Below, piece after piece: positions 37,256 through 52,454 of a stretch of 64,000 nt of DNA. The DNA is from Octopus bimaculoides (lineage: Eukaryota). The position numbers were made by a program, and so were the translations under genes. Under the pieces are notes generated by a model. The model made no database searches. It was given only the letters and a program-made list of their open reading frames with translations, and was not told the DNA's origin. Within the stretch, counting starts at the first letter, position 1, and each line of letters starts with the position of its first letter. The stretch spans positions 78,015,583 through 78,079,582 of the forward strand of contig NC_068990.1 in the NCBI RefSeq assembly GCF_001194135.2, in the 5' to 3' direction.

Positions 37256-37706
37256 GGTTTAAAAGCTGATATATGTATGTATGCATGTAGTATACATCAT
37301 CCATGCATGTATATTTTCATGTATATATAAGTATGTATGCACACAAATATGTATAATCATACATACTTGGCATTGCCTACATATGTGTATCTTATTACTT
37401 GCTGAATTTCATGAACGTTTTACGTATTTTAACAGTGCTTTTCACAGTTTGTAATTGTCAGCTTCTAATTAAGTATGTTCCTCCTGGTTTTGTGCATCCC
37501 AACTTCTCAAGATTGGGACTGAGGCAGTTAATCATATTGCCAAATGCTCCCAAAATTATTGGCAGAAATCTTAAGTCATAGATCAGATGAAGTATCCACA
37601 AATTTCTTGTCAATCAGTATAGACATTCTCTTTAACACTAACCCTTAACATTATGGGCATGTATACTGGGCAACTGATTTCATATACATATATACAAACA
37701 TACGTG

Positions 37707-37751
<45 letters not shown>

Positions 37752-38238
37752 TGTGATATAGGAGGTGGCAGGGCATATTATGCATGTGTACCTCTCTTAT
37801 GTTCTAATTTCATCCATTCATTATCATCATCACTGTTTTAAAATCCACTTGTCCATGCTTACATTGGTCAGACAAAATCTGTGCAGGCAGACTTTTTTCT
37901 TTATAACTGGAGACCCTTCTTGTCACCAACTCACCTTTTACTGAGTAAGGTAATATTTCCCTATATGCTAGATGACAAAATGATTGCAGATCAATGTGAA
38001 TTGAAGTGCTTTGCTCAAGAGCACAAAGCAATGCCTGGTCTGGGAATCAAACCCATTATTTCGCAATTGTGAGAGCAACACCCTAACCACTAAGCCATGT
38101 GCCTTCTTTACATATATATATATATAGATAGATAGATAGATAGATATAGATATACATATACACACACACATACACGCATACATATATATATATACACACA
38201 CACACAAACACATACATATATATATATACATACATATA

Positions 38239-38310
<72 letters not shown>

Positions 38311-38465
38311 GGCTACCAATTTGCACACACATAATCACAACAAAATGTAAACACACCTATACTATTCAACATCTATGCACTTACATCAGATCTATTTCAC
38401 ACTAACACATCTCTTTAGTATTCACATCACACACAACTGCTTCATGCATGCATACAAGCAAACAA

Positions 38466-38496
<31 letters not shown>

Positions 38497-41071
38497 TACA
38501 TACACACACATGCGCACACACACGCACACACGCTCACACTCACACACGTGCGCACGCATACACACACACACACACACACATTTGCCAAGCTCTGGTATCC
38601 ACTTGCCACTCACGCCTAAAGCGACCTTTCTACTGCTTCAGGTTATTCACAATGCTATGCTGGTTGTATACATGTGCATTTCAATATCTCTAATTTCCCT
38701 TCTCCATTCCATTCTCTCAATATTTATCCTTTCTTTCCGATGAAGAGTCAATACTCAAAATATTAAAGACATTTCCTTCTGTTGTTGTTTTCTTTTCCCC
38801 CATTTTCTCAACATCAAACTAATGCAACTCTCTGTTTTATTTTTACCTCATCTTTGTTTGTTTATTTCTTTTTTACATTTGAGAAAAGTAATTACAGAAG
38901 TGAAAAGTAAATTTTGTTTCTTCAAATATCTGAAAGCATTATGTTTATAGAATTAAATTTATATTTATTTAACTTTTCATATTTCTTTTATTTTGTATAT
39001 CCATAAACAGACTGTTTCTACATTTTTGTACTTCTTCAGTATACAAAAACAGACAATCAATTCACTATTATATCTTTTAAAGAGTATAAATCAAGATTTT
39101 ATCTTCGTTCAATATCAAGTATAGAAGGACAAGATCAGCGATCAAAGATAAAGCAAAGAGAAAGAGTCATAGATTTTTGGTGGGTTTTTTTTTTGTCTTT
39201 TTTTAAATTAGGGATAGAGTGTGAAAATAAGGGAGATAATGGCAATATTGATATCATAATTCTTCAGCTGCTACGACCAGGGAGATCTACTAAAGTTTGA
39301 ATTCAGGTGTTATGGAAATAATCCCCTCTAAGTTGCTTTCTTGATTTTCTTTTTTTCATTTTTTTTGTTTTGCGTATCAGCCATTGCGTGGTGGTTGTAT
39401 GCTTCCTAAAGATGAGTTCAATGCAGACATACACATATGATATTTTTCCATGTAGATTCATGACTATCACCATACTTTTGAATTTCCGTTACGTTAATTA
39501 ATTCTTGTAAGAGTGATTGGTAATTGTTTATCTGTTTCAGTCATTGGACTGTGACCATGCTGGGGCACCACCTTGAAGGGTTTTTTTTTTTCAGTCTAAC
39601 AAATTGATCCTTGTTCTTATTCTGTCAGTCTGTTTTGCCAAACTCCAAAGTTATGGGGATGCAAATTAACCAACACCAACTGTCAAGAAGACAAACACAA
39701 ACAAACACACACATACATATATATGATGAGCTGGTTTCTGTTTCTGTCTTTTAAATCCATTCACAAAGTTTTGGTCAGCCCAGGGCTATAGCAGAAGACA
39801 CTTCTCCAAGGTATACCACAGAGGGACTGAACCCAAGATCACACAACTGGGAAGAAAACTTCTTACCCACCCAGCCACACCCACACCTGATGTAAAGTGA
39901 AGATAATACATTTCCTTTTTTTTTTTTTGAAAAGATAAAAATGTAAAAGAGAGAAACAAGAAATGAAGAAGTGAAAAAGCATATATTTTTCCCTCAAGAA
40001 ACTCAAAAGGTTAAATTATACAATTATATAAAATACAAAACAATTAATTTAAATTTAATTGTATATGCATAATATTTTCTGTTAATTCAGAAACATATAT
40101 CAGTGTATCACAAGCAGAATAAAATTCAAATTATGCAATAGAAACAGCTCTATCATAAAGACTTACTATAACATACTTAACATAGATGCAAGTGTGGGTG
40201 TGTGGTAAAAAGTTTGCTTCCCAACCACATGGTTCTGGGTTCAGTTCCCCTGCATTACGCCTTGGGCAAGTGTCTTCTACCATAGTCTCAGGCCAACCAA
40301 AGCTTTGTGAGTGGATTTGGTAGACAGAAACTGAAAGAAGTTCAATGTGTGTGCATGTGCATGTGTGTACATGTGTGCATGTGTGTGCGTGTGTGTGTGT
40401 GTGTGTACTTATGCCTGTGTTTGTCTCCCACCACTACTTGACAACCAGTTTTGGTGAGTTTATGTCCCCATAGCTTAGCAATTCAGCAAAAGAAACTGAT
40501 AAAATGAGTACCAGGCTTTAAAAAACAAAATCAGGTATTGGGATCGATTTGTTTTGGAAAAACATTCCTCAAAGTAGTGCCCCAGCATGGCTGCAGTCAA
40601 ATAACTGCAACAAGTAAAAGAATAAAAAAAAGAATAAAAGAATATATATTTCTTAATACGTATATAAAAGGATTTATCTCAGACATAAAATGTAGTGTCT
40701 GGCTTTTCAACTACACATACATGTTAAGTATGTTATATTGATAAAGATTTTATATAATTGTACTTTTATTCCATACATTGATTCCCTGCTTACACACACA
40801 CACACACACACAGAAACAGATATCAAACTGGAAAATATGAGAATTAGAAGTACATGAATTATGAGAAATATGAGAATTAGAAGTACAAGTCTTTAACTGA
40901 AGTATCGAGGAGATACTCACATCAGATGCGTTGTTGTTATAAAATATTATTGGTGTTTATCATGAGAGAATCAATGATATCGTTAGTTACTTTTGTCAAA
41001 AGACTAACAAAAAAAATCCACAGACATTCAATCTACATTAATCAGTTGTAGCTATGTGAACAGATGTACAA

Positions 41072-41147
<76 letters not shown>

Positions 41148-41910
41148 GCACCAAAACTGACAATAAATTAAGGCACACTTCTACAGCTGTGCAGAACACA
41201 AATAGATACACAAGATGATGAACACACATAAATGAATGGATGAATAAATAAATAAATAAATGCAAATTAATATACACAAAAGTGCATATCAAGGGCAACG
41301 TATGTATATGTGTGTATATATCAAGGGCAATATATGTATATGTGTCTATATAAATATTTAGAACAGCAGTAAATAGATTGAAAGAATTATAAATAGGCTA
41401 GAATAAAAATATTGAGTAAAACTGAGGTAATTTAAAAGAGAAATCAGGCCTTATCATATTGCAGCATTTATTGTCCATTTTCCAAACTGGCATGGGTTCC
41501 GTAGTCTGTTTTGGTTTGGTTTCTACAGCTGGATGCCTGCCCTTCCTAACACCAACCACTTTACAGAGTGGGCTCAGTATTTTGTATATGCCATCAGCAC
41601 CAGTGTTTTTTATGTGGCAGCAGAACCAGTGATATTTGTTGATTAAAAATTGTCAGGTGGCCCTGCTAGGTGAATTTTGATGTTTTGGATGTTATAAAGG
41701 GAGATCGCTTGATGACATTTATAGGCAGAATGGGTATGATTCATCAGGTAATAATTTCAAACAAGTCCTTCACTAAATCATACTGTCATTTCACTGTGTA
41801 CAAGAATGAATAGCCAAAGCAATGTGCTATTTTCAGCAATTTGCAGATAGAACTAAACTCATAGATATAGTCTGACAAACCACAAGTATGACAAAATTTT
41901 TACCCAAATA

Positions 41911-41948
<38 letters not shown>

Positions 41949-42104
41949 TGCAGGCATTGCTATGTTGCAAGAAACTTGCTTCCCAACCACATGGTTCTGA
42001 GTTCAGTTTTACTGCTTGCACCTTGGGAAAGTGTCTTCTACTTGCACCTTGGCCAACCAAAGCATTGTGAGTGGATATGGTAGACAGAAACTGAATGAAG
42101 CCCG

Positions 42105-42138
<34 letters not shown>

Positions 42139-42689
42139 ATTTCTCTTGGTAGTTTCTAGAATGTCTAGCGTTCCATTAATAAAAACAGGTTGCTAACCCA
42201 GCTTTTCGCTTCTTAGCTAATTAGACTTAGAGCCATTCACATCATTGTTATATCTGTCTATTTCTCTATGCCACATGACTGAAAACCACCACTTAGCTGT
42301 TATTTCTATATTTCCTATCCCTGAACTTTCTTGCATAGATTACTTCATTCAACTAGATTCTACATTTTGATTATGAATCATCATCGACCAGTAAATAAAA
42401 TATATTTTTATGTAGTTAATATATAGTGCTTGAATTTAGTCTTCATCTCTATATGAACTCTTGTAATAATATACATGCAGCCACATCAACACCTTGTACT
42501 GACTATATATTCCCAATATATATATATTATATGCAGGCATTGCTATGTTGTAAGAAACTTGCTTCCCAACCACATGGTTCTAGGTTCAGTCCTATTGCTT
42601 GGCACCTTGGGCAAGTGTCTTCTACTGTATCCTCAGGCTGACCAAAGCATTGTGAGTGGATTTGGTAGACAGAAACTGAAATAAGCCCA

Positions 42690-42722
<33 letters not shown>

Positions 42723-44395
42723 TGTGTTTGTCCCCCACCACTACTTCACAACCGGTGTTGGTCTATTTACATCCCCATAAATTAGTGGTTCAGGAAAAGA
42801 GACTAATAGAATAAATACAAGTCTTAAAAGGAAAAATAAGTACAGGGGTCAATTTATTCAATAAAAAATTCTTCGAGATGGTGGACCAGCATGGCTGCAG
42901 TCTGATGGCTAAAACGAGTAAAAGATAAAAGATATGATAAGCAAGGGATAAAAATTCAATGCCAGTTTGTTTGTGATATATTATAATAGGAAGGGTGTAT
43001 AATATTTTTGTAGAGGTATATTCTTAGGAGGACATCTGTGAAAGCTATGATGTTATGGGATTTAATATATTGATAGAAGGTTATCTAATAAAATAAATTA
43101 TTGTTTATTTTAAATGTTTTGTTTCATAATATGTAGAATTATATTGGAGGAAATATTACTGGTGATGAAAGGAATAATAAAATATGTATTTAGTCAAGAA
43201 TAATTGAAATGTGTCCATAAGAGTGTCAGGTTAATTTAGAAATGGTTATTGTAGTAGATGAAATGATTGCTTGATTTAATCTACTGAGATATACAAGTGA
43301 TGTATAAACTTATATGTGTTAGTGGCTAATATAAACTGGATCAATATTAAATCTAAAATTTAAATTGCAGATTGTAATAGGTTTTAGTACATTGATCACA
43401 GGAGCGAGAGAATATATTTGGCCATGTAAAAATGTTGTTAATGAAAATATTGAGTGTGCAGAACACAACACAATGTACAAGCATGTGTGCTACTTTGAAA
43501 ATTGTTAATATAATTTAAGTTAATATTTAATTTACAAGTGCCACTACATTTCAGTATACTGGCTAATTAAGTGAAGAGGGAGGGACATATGTATGGCACA
43601 ACAAAAAGAAAAAGTGTTATGTAGAGTATCTAATAAAAAGTTTAAAATGTATAATACATAAAGGGTCTGATACTCATAGTATAAACAAAAGATTAGCTGG
43701 CATATACTGATGATTAGTGCTTGAATATTACAGTTGGTCTCCCCTTGTTAGGGTAACTTGATGTTTTGAAGAGTATTAATGTGAACAAGATGAAATAAGT
43801 TTTAAATGGCAGAAGAATTATGTCTGCAAAAAGAACTTCCAAAATATTTCATTGTCCATAGTTGGAAAACGATTTGACTGTTAGTGTAAGTAAAATCACT
43901 GTTGTCCATACATAGAGCTTTGTCTTTTACAGGTGCTAGTTCCACATAAAATGTACTTGTGTCAGTACTGTATAAATGCACTCATGCCAGAGGCATGTAA
44001 AAAGCACTCAGCACACTCTGTAAAGTGGTTGGCATTAGAAAGGGCACCCAACCATAGAAACCATGCCGCAACAGACAATTGGAGTCTAGACAGCTCCCTG
44101 GCCAGCCAGCTCCTGTCAAACCATCCAACCCATGCAAGCATGGAAAACAGACGTTAAATGATGATGATGATGATGATGATGGTTTTCTTTTCACCACCCT
44201 AACATTTCCTAAAATATAGCAAATCATTTAAAAATAAAACAACCCTCTAATCAACTTAATTTAATAAGTTAAATTTAATAAGTAAACACACAAGCTTTCA
44301 CAGTTATCTCTCCAAAGAACATGCACTAACTAAAATATGTCATCTTCTTCCCATTATATATTCTAAGCAGTCATTGAGTTTTATCTACTTAACTG

Positions 44396-44429
<34 letters not shown>

Positions 44430-44572
44430 NNNNNNNNNNNNNNNNNNNNNNNNNNNNNNNNNNNNNNNNNNNNNNNNNNNNNNNNNNNNNNNNNNNNNNN
44501 NNNNNNNNNNNNNNNNNNNNNNNNNNNNNNNNNNNNNNNNNNNNNNNNNNNNNNNNNNNNNNNNNNNNNNNN

Positions 44573-44667
44573 CAGACCTCTTTCTTTGCATCCTCATTTA
44601 ATGCAAGCGTACCATCATCCATGCGAACACATTTCTCTCCTACAACATCACTATTCTCTCTCCTACA
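44573..44667 (-). mobile_element. Internal RTE LINE fragment
   Basis: RENSDVVGEKCVRMDDGTLALNEDAKKEV, truncated by a gap. Confidence 0.6.
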
Positions 44668-45383
44668 TATATATATATATATATGGAAGCACATGGTTTA
44701 GTGGTTAGGGTGTTGGACTCATGATCATAAGATTGTGATTTCAATTCTGGGACGGACCAGGTGATGTGCTGTGTTCTTGAGCAAAACACTTCACTTCATG
44801 TTGCCCCAGTCCACTCAGTTCTAGAAATGAGTACCACAAGTGGAGGTGCCTCACTTAGTGGTTAGAGTGTTGGATTCTCAGCCATAAGATTGTGGCTTCA
44901 ATCCCTAGACTGGTTGATCTGTTGTATTCTTGAGTAAAACACTTCAATTAACATTGCTCCAGTCCACTCAGCTGGCAAAAATGAGTTTAGCCTGGAGGGG
45001 GATGGTCTCCGCTAGGCTTTCTTGCTCTAGATATGCTGCACGGTTGCAGTGCCCCAACAAACCTTGAGGGGTTAAGGGACTTGTCAGTTGCTAATATATA
45101 TATATATACCTTCAATTTGTCCAGTAGTATATTCCTGGTTATAGCATATAACTGGTGAGAAAGTTACCATCATCTACTATTGCTGTCTAATGACTGAAAC
45201 AAGTAAAAGATAAAAGATATATGAATGTATATATATATATATGTATATAAATATATTTTTGTGATTATATGTATGTGTGTACATATAAATATATATTTAT
45301 GTAACATATGGTATAGATATATAAACAGGACAAATTTTAGCCATTTCTCTGCAGACTGAAAAAAAAAAAAAAAATGATGAACA

Positions 45384-45426
45384 ACCTTAATCAATTTTCG
45401 AATCTTACTGGTTTCTCATCAGAGGC
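45384..45426 (-). ncRNA. Type I minimal hammerhead ribozyme motif with an intact core
   Basis: Minus strand: GCCU CUGAUGA GAAAC-cagUaa-GAUUC GAA AAU-UG-AUU A^AGGU. Stems I, II and III can all form. Confidence 0.6.
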
Positions 45427-45548
45427 ATCCACATCATTTTGACAATCTCCGGTGAAACAAGCTGCCAAACTGTTTATATATTCAACAAATGCAGCAGTTA
45501 CTCTATGAAGGAATCCCTAATTTACATACCAAAAGTACGTAGTACACT

Positions 45549-45579
<31 letters not shown>

Positions 45580-45580
<1 letters not shown>

Positions 45581-45775
45581 GGTGACACGTAAAAGCACCC
45601 ACTACACTCTCTGAGTGGTTGGCGTTAGGAAGGGCATCCAGCTGTAGAAACTCTGCCAAATCAGACTGGAGCCTGGTGTTGCCATCCGGTTGCACCAGTC
45701 CTCAGTCAAATCGTCCAACCCATGCTAGCATGGAAAGCGGACGTTAAACGATGATGATGATGATGATGATGATGA
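45580..45775 (+). mobile_element. Young family E copy (RTE 3' UTR-type repeat) with a (GAT)n tail
   Basis: ggtgacacgtaaaagcaccc...ggaagggcatccagctgtagaaac...ggacgttaaacgatgatgat. Other copies lie near 12935, 16270, 19020, 19590, 41470, 43970 and 45930. Confidence 0.85.
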
Positions 45776-45837
45776 TATATATATATATATATGTATTATA
45801 TATATATATATACTCACACACACACATATACAAGTGT

Positions 45838-45879
<42 letters not shown>

Positions 45880-46275
45880 TAGTGCTTGTGTGTATATGTT
45901 TGTGCCTCTTTGTCTGATGGTTGTGAGTGCCATTACCACACAAGCAGATGAAAGTCAGTGAAAGGAAAGGCATCCAGCTTTTGAAAATTTGTGTTCCAAA
46001 AAACTCTCTCTGACCCATGCAAGTATGGAAAAGTAGATGCTAAAACAGTGATTATGATATTGCATGACAAAGTCTGATTTCCTTTCTAAATTGTCTGGTT
46101 TACATTTAATCTCTTTATTCCAACCGTTTATAATTCCAGCAATCTACTTATTGCTCTGCTAAATATATACTCACACACACACACACACACACACCTATAT
46201 TCACACATTGTCCTTGACTTTGAAATAAATGCACTTTACCGTGTATCAATTTGTATTTATTCATTTATAAACGTC

Positions 46276-46381
<106 letters not shown>

Positions 46382-48871
46382 TGTGAATGTGTGTGTGAAT
46401 GTGTGCTTCTATTTGTGCACTCCGTGACCTTCGAACTGCATTCAATAACTTTCTTGGCTCATACATCTATTTTGTACATCTCTTCACAGAGATATAATTG
46501 ATTAAATTTGCATACATTTAATAGAAAATATTTGTTGCACTTTTGGTCTTCCTATTGAACAAACTTCTGGTTCTCTAAAGATAGATATTTATAGTATACA
46601 CCTACAATATTTCTAATTCTCTAATTTCAAATTTCAATGTTACAATTTTCAAATTAGTCACTAAAACTTTAGCCTAAACAAATTACAATCCTTTCATATT
46701 TGCCATATTAGGAATTAGGAACCTAAATTTTTATCCAATTAATTTTTGAAATTTATCATTTACATATTCTTAAAATGATTCCCACAATCCTTTATATCAG
46801 ACCTTATAAAATAGATAACCTTGTCCTCCTCACACAGTTTCTCCACACTTAGTCCTTTTATAGCCTCCTGCACATGTGCACACACACACACACAGAGTCC
46901 TGGATTAACCATTAAGCAAAATAAGCACATGCTTAGAGTGTCAAGGGAAGCAGAGCACTGCAGAAATAGTAAATGGTTTATGGCACAAAAGAAATCACTT
47001 TAAACTTGCTAAAATTATATTCGAAATGGTTTTTATGACTGGAAATATAATTTCAAAATGTTTATGGCATCATAGTGAGGATCTGATCAAAGACTTCACA
47101 ATTAAGAAAACGTAGGAGAAAACTCTTAAACCTTATTTTCCACCTTACTTTCAGCTTTGCTTCATTTTGAAAAATAATTTATTTTATAGTTTATTATAGT
47201 TTATATTTTGGATTACACATCTATGGAAGCACCTCTACGGGTCTTAATCTGACCCTGCACATACACACATAAGATACATGCATCACTTATCCATATAAAA
47301 TGATTATGGTATTTTAAGGTAATGGATTAGTAGAATCATTACAACACCAGAAAAAAAAATACCTTACAGTATTTTATTTTGAGTTTAAATCCTGTTGAGA
47401 TCAGTTTTGCCTTTCATTCCTCCAGGGTCAACAAAATAAAAGTATCAGTAAAGTATTGATGTCATTAGTATCAACTAATCCTCTTTCCTCAAAAACTGCT
47501 GGCCTTATGTCTAAATCAGAAAAAGTAACTTAATGCAAAACATCATAGCTTAAGTCAGCTATGGACAACATGTGGCCCATGAAGGGCACACATAATGAAG
47601 AGCTACCTTGAATTTTATAGTAATGCAGCCTGCCAAAGGACAAACCATGTCTCATGCACTTCTTGAAAAAATTGCCCGTGACTGGTCTAAGCTCAAGAGT
47701 AGCTTTATACTTGATTATAAAGGAAAAGATAAGAGGATATATTATATTACTGATTTTTAGATGCAATAACTAGGACTGCATTACATTTAATGTGGCTTGG
47801 TACTCATGTACCAACTGGTACTTCATCTGTTATGATGTCATGGGTTTCAGTTGACCCAATCAATGGAACAGCTTGCTTATGAAATTAATGTGCAAGTGGC
47901 ATATTAATGTGCAGGGAGATTCAGCTTGACACAGAATCTGACAAGGCCAACGCTTTGAATTACAAGTACAACACACTTTTGCGAGTTGAGTGGAGTGAAA
48001 CAATGTGAAATAAAGTGTCTTGCTCAAGGACACAACACACCACTGGCTTTTTAGATAGGTAAAGTCTACTGATACCTGATCCATTAAAATATGGAGTAGC
48101 TCTGTTTATAATAATTTCAAGTTGTAGTAGAACGATGGTGTCTTTGAACCCTAAACTTTCGGATAAATTAGGTGAGAAAAGAGAAGTTTTCCCTGTTCCT
48201 AGACCTCAGCAATTATGTATATTACTTGTAGTATTCCTTGAAGTTCATTAGCTATAACTCCTATGTAATAAATCTTGATATTCTCAGATGGTATAACTGA
48301 TGCCTAAAAAAACCATCCCTTTGGAAAGGCAAGTCCTCGTGAGCAAATAGGAAAATTGATTATAATGATTGCAAGATGACTGTTTGAGTGTGAGCTGAAT
48401 GTTTCCAGTAATGGATTTTCATAGAAGCAACATTATCTAGACAAAAGTTACTAACTTTAACATCGTGTGCATTAAAGTTCTTATGATATTAGTGTGATTT
48501 TAGGAAATATATGTGGCCATATGTATGCTATAATTATTATCATTTTACATGGAGTTTTTTTCCCATACATACATTGGTTGCATAGGTCTCGGTGTTTCAC
48601 CATCTGTCACAGTCTTCAATTATTTGACACAGCAACAGTTAGAATCAATTTAATCATTTATTCCACCACTCCCTCTAAAATCTGTGGCTTTGTTAACATG
48701 GATTATCTAGGTGATTGGCAGAATCATTAGAGCATACAATAAATAATTTATAGCATTTATTCTGAGTCTTTGCTCTGAGTTCAAATCCCACTAAGATCAA
48801 CCTTGCCTTTTATCCTTCTGAGATAGACACAAATAAAGCACCAGTCAAGTACTAGGATCCATTTTCCTCCC

Positions 48872-48963
<92 letters not shown>

Positions 48964-49534
48964 CAGTTATCTCTATCTGACAATTACCATTCAAATGCTA
49001 GTCTGAAGCCCGAGTAAATGAGGGAAGTTGAGCAAAGGACTAGGAATTTCTGGTCAAAAGTGGTCCAAAGAAACAGGAAAAAAACATCTGCAACCCAGAA
49101 TCAGACATAGATAGAACTGAAAGATTAGTGTACAGGTAACACAATACAGACTAAGGATAAAAAAATGTCTATGGGAGAAAACAATATTGGATGCTAGAGT
49201 TGGTAGATCATCCAATGATATATGCTGTAGTATTCACTTACATCATTTACATAACTAAATACTGTAAGATGTTGACTTTATCTCTTGTTCTTCTGGTGTA
49301 AATAAAACAAGTATCAGAAATGCATTGAGAGAATTCTGATTATATATATACATAGAGAGGCACAGGTGCGAAGACTTAGAATAGATGCTATGTGGTAAGA
49401 AGCTTGCTTCCCAACCACATGGTTTCAGGTTCAGTCCCACTGCTCAGTACTTTGGGCAAATGTCTTCTACTATAGTGTTGAGCCAACCAAAGCCTTGTGA
49501 GTGGATTTGGTAGAAGGAAACTGAAAGAAGCCTA

Positions 49535-49567
<33 letters not shown>

Positions 49568-50064
49568 TTTGTATCTGTGTTTGGCCCCCTCAACACCACC
49601 ACTACTTGACAACCAGTGTTGATGTGTTTATGTCCCTGTAACTGAACAGTTCAACAGGCAAAAGAGACCAGTGACCAACAGAATGACCAACAAGCTTAAA
49701 ACACAATAAGTACCAGGGTTGATACATTCAACTAAAACTTCTTCAAGGTGTTGCCCCAGCATGACCACAGGCCACAGTCTCATGACTAAAACAAATAAAA
49801 GATAAAAGAAACAATAAAACATATATATATACTTCTCCATAAAATTCTTGTGCTTCTGCTTCTATTGGATAACAACATTAAATCTTAGATTAAAAACCAC
49901 TGATGCTGTTGTGTTGTTATGGCTATTATTGTTATTGTATGGTTGTTATTGTGTTACTGTTGTTATTGTTGTATGGTTGTTATTGTGTTAGTGTTGTTGC
50001 CATTATGGTTTTTGTAATGTTGTTAGTGTTGTTGTGTCATTGGTGTTGTTGTTGTTGTTATACT

Positions 50065-50095
<31 letters not shown>

Positions 50096-50903
50096 CTAAT
50101 GTATCGTTATTGTTTTGTTGTTGTTACATACATTGTTGTTGGTGTTCTTGTATTGTTATTTGGTTGTTATCTCATTGTTCCTATTGCTATCGTTATGTGG
50201 TTGTGTTGTTGTTGTTGTTGTTGTTTTGGTGATGGTGGTGGTGGTCGTCGTCGGCGGCGTCGGCGTCGTTAGCGTCGTTGGCGTCGGCATTGTCATGGTT
50301 GAGATAGACTGCCAGATTCTTTGGGACCACAAAGAATTTAGGTTTAGTCCCTTTACAGTCTAAGTTCAAATATCCTTCCAGCATACTTCACTTGCTATTA
50401 CATTGGTAGGAGAAGGGGAAACAATAAAGACATACCGGCAGTGGAATCAGTACATTATCAGTACATTTTGAATGAAGTCTTTTGTGATGTTTGTTCTGCA
50501 TCAAATTACATGCACTCCCTTATCACTTGTCATCAGAAAAGTAATGAAACAGCTATTTGGCTTGTTGGAAACTTGCAAACAATGACACAGTTGCTTACAA
50601 ATTGCAATATATAATATGGAATAAGCCTTTTAATGGTGTGTCTTGAAGCAAATACAGCTATAAATAATCCTTTCTACTATGAGCACAAAGCCTGTAATTT
50701 TTGGGGAAGGGGACTAGTTGATTACATCAACCTCAGCACACAGCTGATACTTATATTATCAACCTTAAAAGGAAGAAAGGCAAAGTCAACCTTGGCAGAA
50801 CTTGAGTTTGGAACATAAAGATGGACAAAATACTGCTGAGCATTTCGCCTGGCATGCTAATGATTCTGTTAGCTCGCCGCCTTATATGCAGCTATAATTA
50901 ATA

Positions 50904-51131
50904 TTGGGTTGTCCGGAAAGTTCGTGCCAATTTATAGTAGCTTACCTTTCGACTTATTTGCCATGAAACCACCTCAGTTCTGGTAAGAGGGTATTTTCAA
51001 ATTAAAGGAAAGATGGAGACGCATTGTGCAACAAAATGGTTCATATTTGGTTGATTAAAAATGTAATGGCAAGTATTTATTGACCTTTTTCTTTCCTTTA
51101 AAAATTGGCACGAACTTTCCGGACAACCCAA
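50904..51131 (+). mobile_element. Internally deleted mariner element (MITE)
   Basis: Perfect 30-bp TIRs ttgggttgtccggaaagttcgtgccaattt with TA on both sides. The interior 50963-51058 reads MKPPQFW*EGIFKLKERWRRIVQQNGSYLVD*, the mariner transposase C-terminus. Confidence 0.92.
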
Positions 51132-52258
51132 TAGTTTCAAATTTTGGCACAAGACCAGCAAGTTCAAGGGAGGTGGGTAAGTCAATTACATCGACCCCAG
51201 TGTTCATCTGGTACTTATTTTATCAACCCTGAAAGGATGAAAAGCCAAGTTGATCTCAGCAGAATTTGAACTTAAAACTTAAAGACAAATGAAATGCTTT
51301 TAAGCATTTTGCCTGGCATGCTAATGATTCTGCCAGCTCGCCGCCTTGTTTACAGCTATAAATTATAACTTGTTATATATTGGGCTAAAACCCTTGGATT
51401 GAGGAAAGGCTGGATGTTGCCCACAGGACTTGACCCATGAATCTTCTGCAAACATGACTGAAGTGCTATCAAAGTAAAGTGTTGAGACTTAATATTTGTA
51501 GTATTTAGTTATGTTTTCTGATGTTCTGATTTTTAAATCCTGCTAAGTTCAACCTTTTTCTACCCCAGGATTTTTAACCTAATATATTTATTATAAGCTA
51601 ATATTTATTGCTGTCGGAATTGTTAACACTCCAGGAAAAATGCTTAGTGGCAGCATTTCATCTGTCTTCACGTTCTAAGTTTAAATTCCATTGAGGTCGA
51701 CTTTGTTTTTTATCCTCTCAGGGTTGATAAAATAAGTATAAACATAATGCTGAGATCGATGTAATCAACTTAACCCCTTCCTTGAAATTGCTGGCTTTGT
51801 GCCAATATTTGAAATCAATATTTATAGCTGTTTTTGCTTTAAGATACACCATATAAATGACTTATTTACATATTTCTTGATGCTTCTACATTTATGTTCT
51901 GAATATAATATAAATTCGTTATTTGTGACAGAAATATTAGTTCAAACTTGCATTCTGTATATCTTACTTAATGTTGATATACTGTAGAAAGCCATTAAAC
52001 TGTGTTATTCATCTTGAGAAAGCATCTCATACAGACTTATAGTGTTAAGAGAGACAGAATTACATCAATAGAAAACAATATGTGTCTAAAAGTATAGGTG
52101 GAATTGCTAAACAGGTATTTCTGCATCTTTGAGTATCATCAGTAGCAGGTATCAACCACACGCTTAGACAAATTTCATGTTTACAGATATAGAAAATCAG
52201 TGGTTAACAAATCACTGGGATCACAGATAGCAGGTTTTCTGCAATATATCCATGTTAA

Positions 52259-52454
52259 CCCTTTAGCATTCAGATTCTTATTCATTACACTGTTTTGAAT
52301 TAATCAAGCATTATGTCATAGCTTTGAAATTTCAGTGATATGATTATTTTACATTAACATTGTATGATAGATGTGAGAGGCTGGATCTGGCTGGTTTGAA
52401 CATAAAGCTGGTAGAATATCTGAGTTGGATATGACTGGTTTAAGTGCTAAAGGG
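52259..52454 (-). mobile_element. Complete piggyBac-like MITE
   Basis: TTAA|CCCTTTAGCA...TGCTAAAGGG|TTAA. Confidence 0.85.

Noticed and set aside
47556-47684. Possible hAT MITE
   Set aside because: TIR match is only about 9/13 and TSD 5/8; too weak to call.
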